Of a stretch of 40,578 bases of DNA, positions 40,337 to 40,578 are shown piece by piece. The stretch comes from a bacterium (GTDB taxonomy: Bacteria > Margulisbacteria > WOR-1 > O2-12-FULL-45-9). The stretch covers positions 1-40,578 of the forward strand of contig JBDRIF010000070.1 in assembly GCA_043816125.1 (NCBI GenBank), in the 5' to 3' direction. The notes under the pieces are model-generated. The model was not told the DNA's origin, searched no databases, and worked only from the letters and a program-made list of their open reading frames with translations. The first letter of the stretch is position 1, and every line of letters begins with the position of its first letter. The position numbers were made by a program, and so were the translations under genes.

Positions 40337-40578
40337 TTTACACCTGAATATTTTAATTTGAGATAGATTAAAAAGAAGCCCAGTAGCAATGTCGTTCCAT
40401 TAGCAATCAACATCGGAGGTTGTTTTAAAACAATCCCATCAAGAAACCAAAAGAAGACTCCCAAACAAAACAACACCAGCATTAATAATGACAAATCTTT
40501 CGTCTGTTTAGACTTGTACGCCTTAATTACCTGTGGTAAAAAAGAAATTGTAGTTAAGGTGCCGGCGATTGCGCCGAG
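40333..40578 (-). CDS. SemiSWEET/PQ-loop family transporter, 5'-truncated by the window edge
   Basis: Not in the ORF track. Manual translation: [34 protein letters not shown]...PMLIAN. Its TGA stop overlaps the yjbQ ATG. Confidence 0.9.
   Translation of the reverse strand, partial: LGAIAGTLTTISFLPQVIKAYKSKQTKDLSLLMLVLFCLGVFFWFLDGIVLKQPPMLIANGTTLLLGFFLIYLKLKYSGVK

Overview
This is a compact bacterial core-genome window. From 39.8 kb down to 6.1 kb the minus strand carries an almost gap-free run of 49 CDS plus tRNA-Trp: rpmG-trnW-secE-nusG-rplKAJL-rpoBC-rpsLG-fusA, the S10/spc/alpha clusters, rplM-rpsI, a BCAM0308-like gene, a class-V aminotransferase, truA, a Fic gene and serA. No spacer in this run exceeds 20 nt, and tuf and rpmD are missing. 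It is headed by a consensus sigma70 promoter with a perfect DnaA box in its spacer. The left end holds a second EF-G paralogue coupled to a small orphan gene, and a patatin-TPM-lemA-ileS unit. The most striking anomaly is a single orphan 382-aa gene flanked by 55-bp direct repeats of the first 18 codons of ileS; it looks like an integrase-less one-gene cassette that rebuilds the ileS 5' end and supplies a new promoter. Smaller signals include a 21-bp palindrome inserted in-frame in rplV, an inverted pair of GTAG-type REP-like hairpins, a probable CTG start for truA, and several probable leaderless promoters. Unsplit rpoC with a trigger-loop insertion and no L30 suggest a non-photosynthetic relative of Cyanobacteria such as Saganbacteria/Margulisbacteria (inference only; no searches were run).
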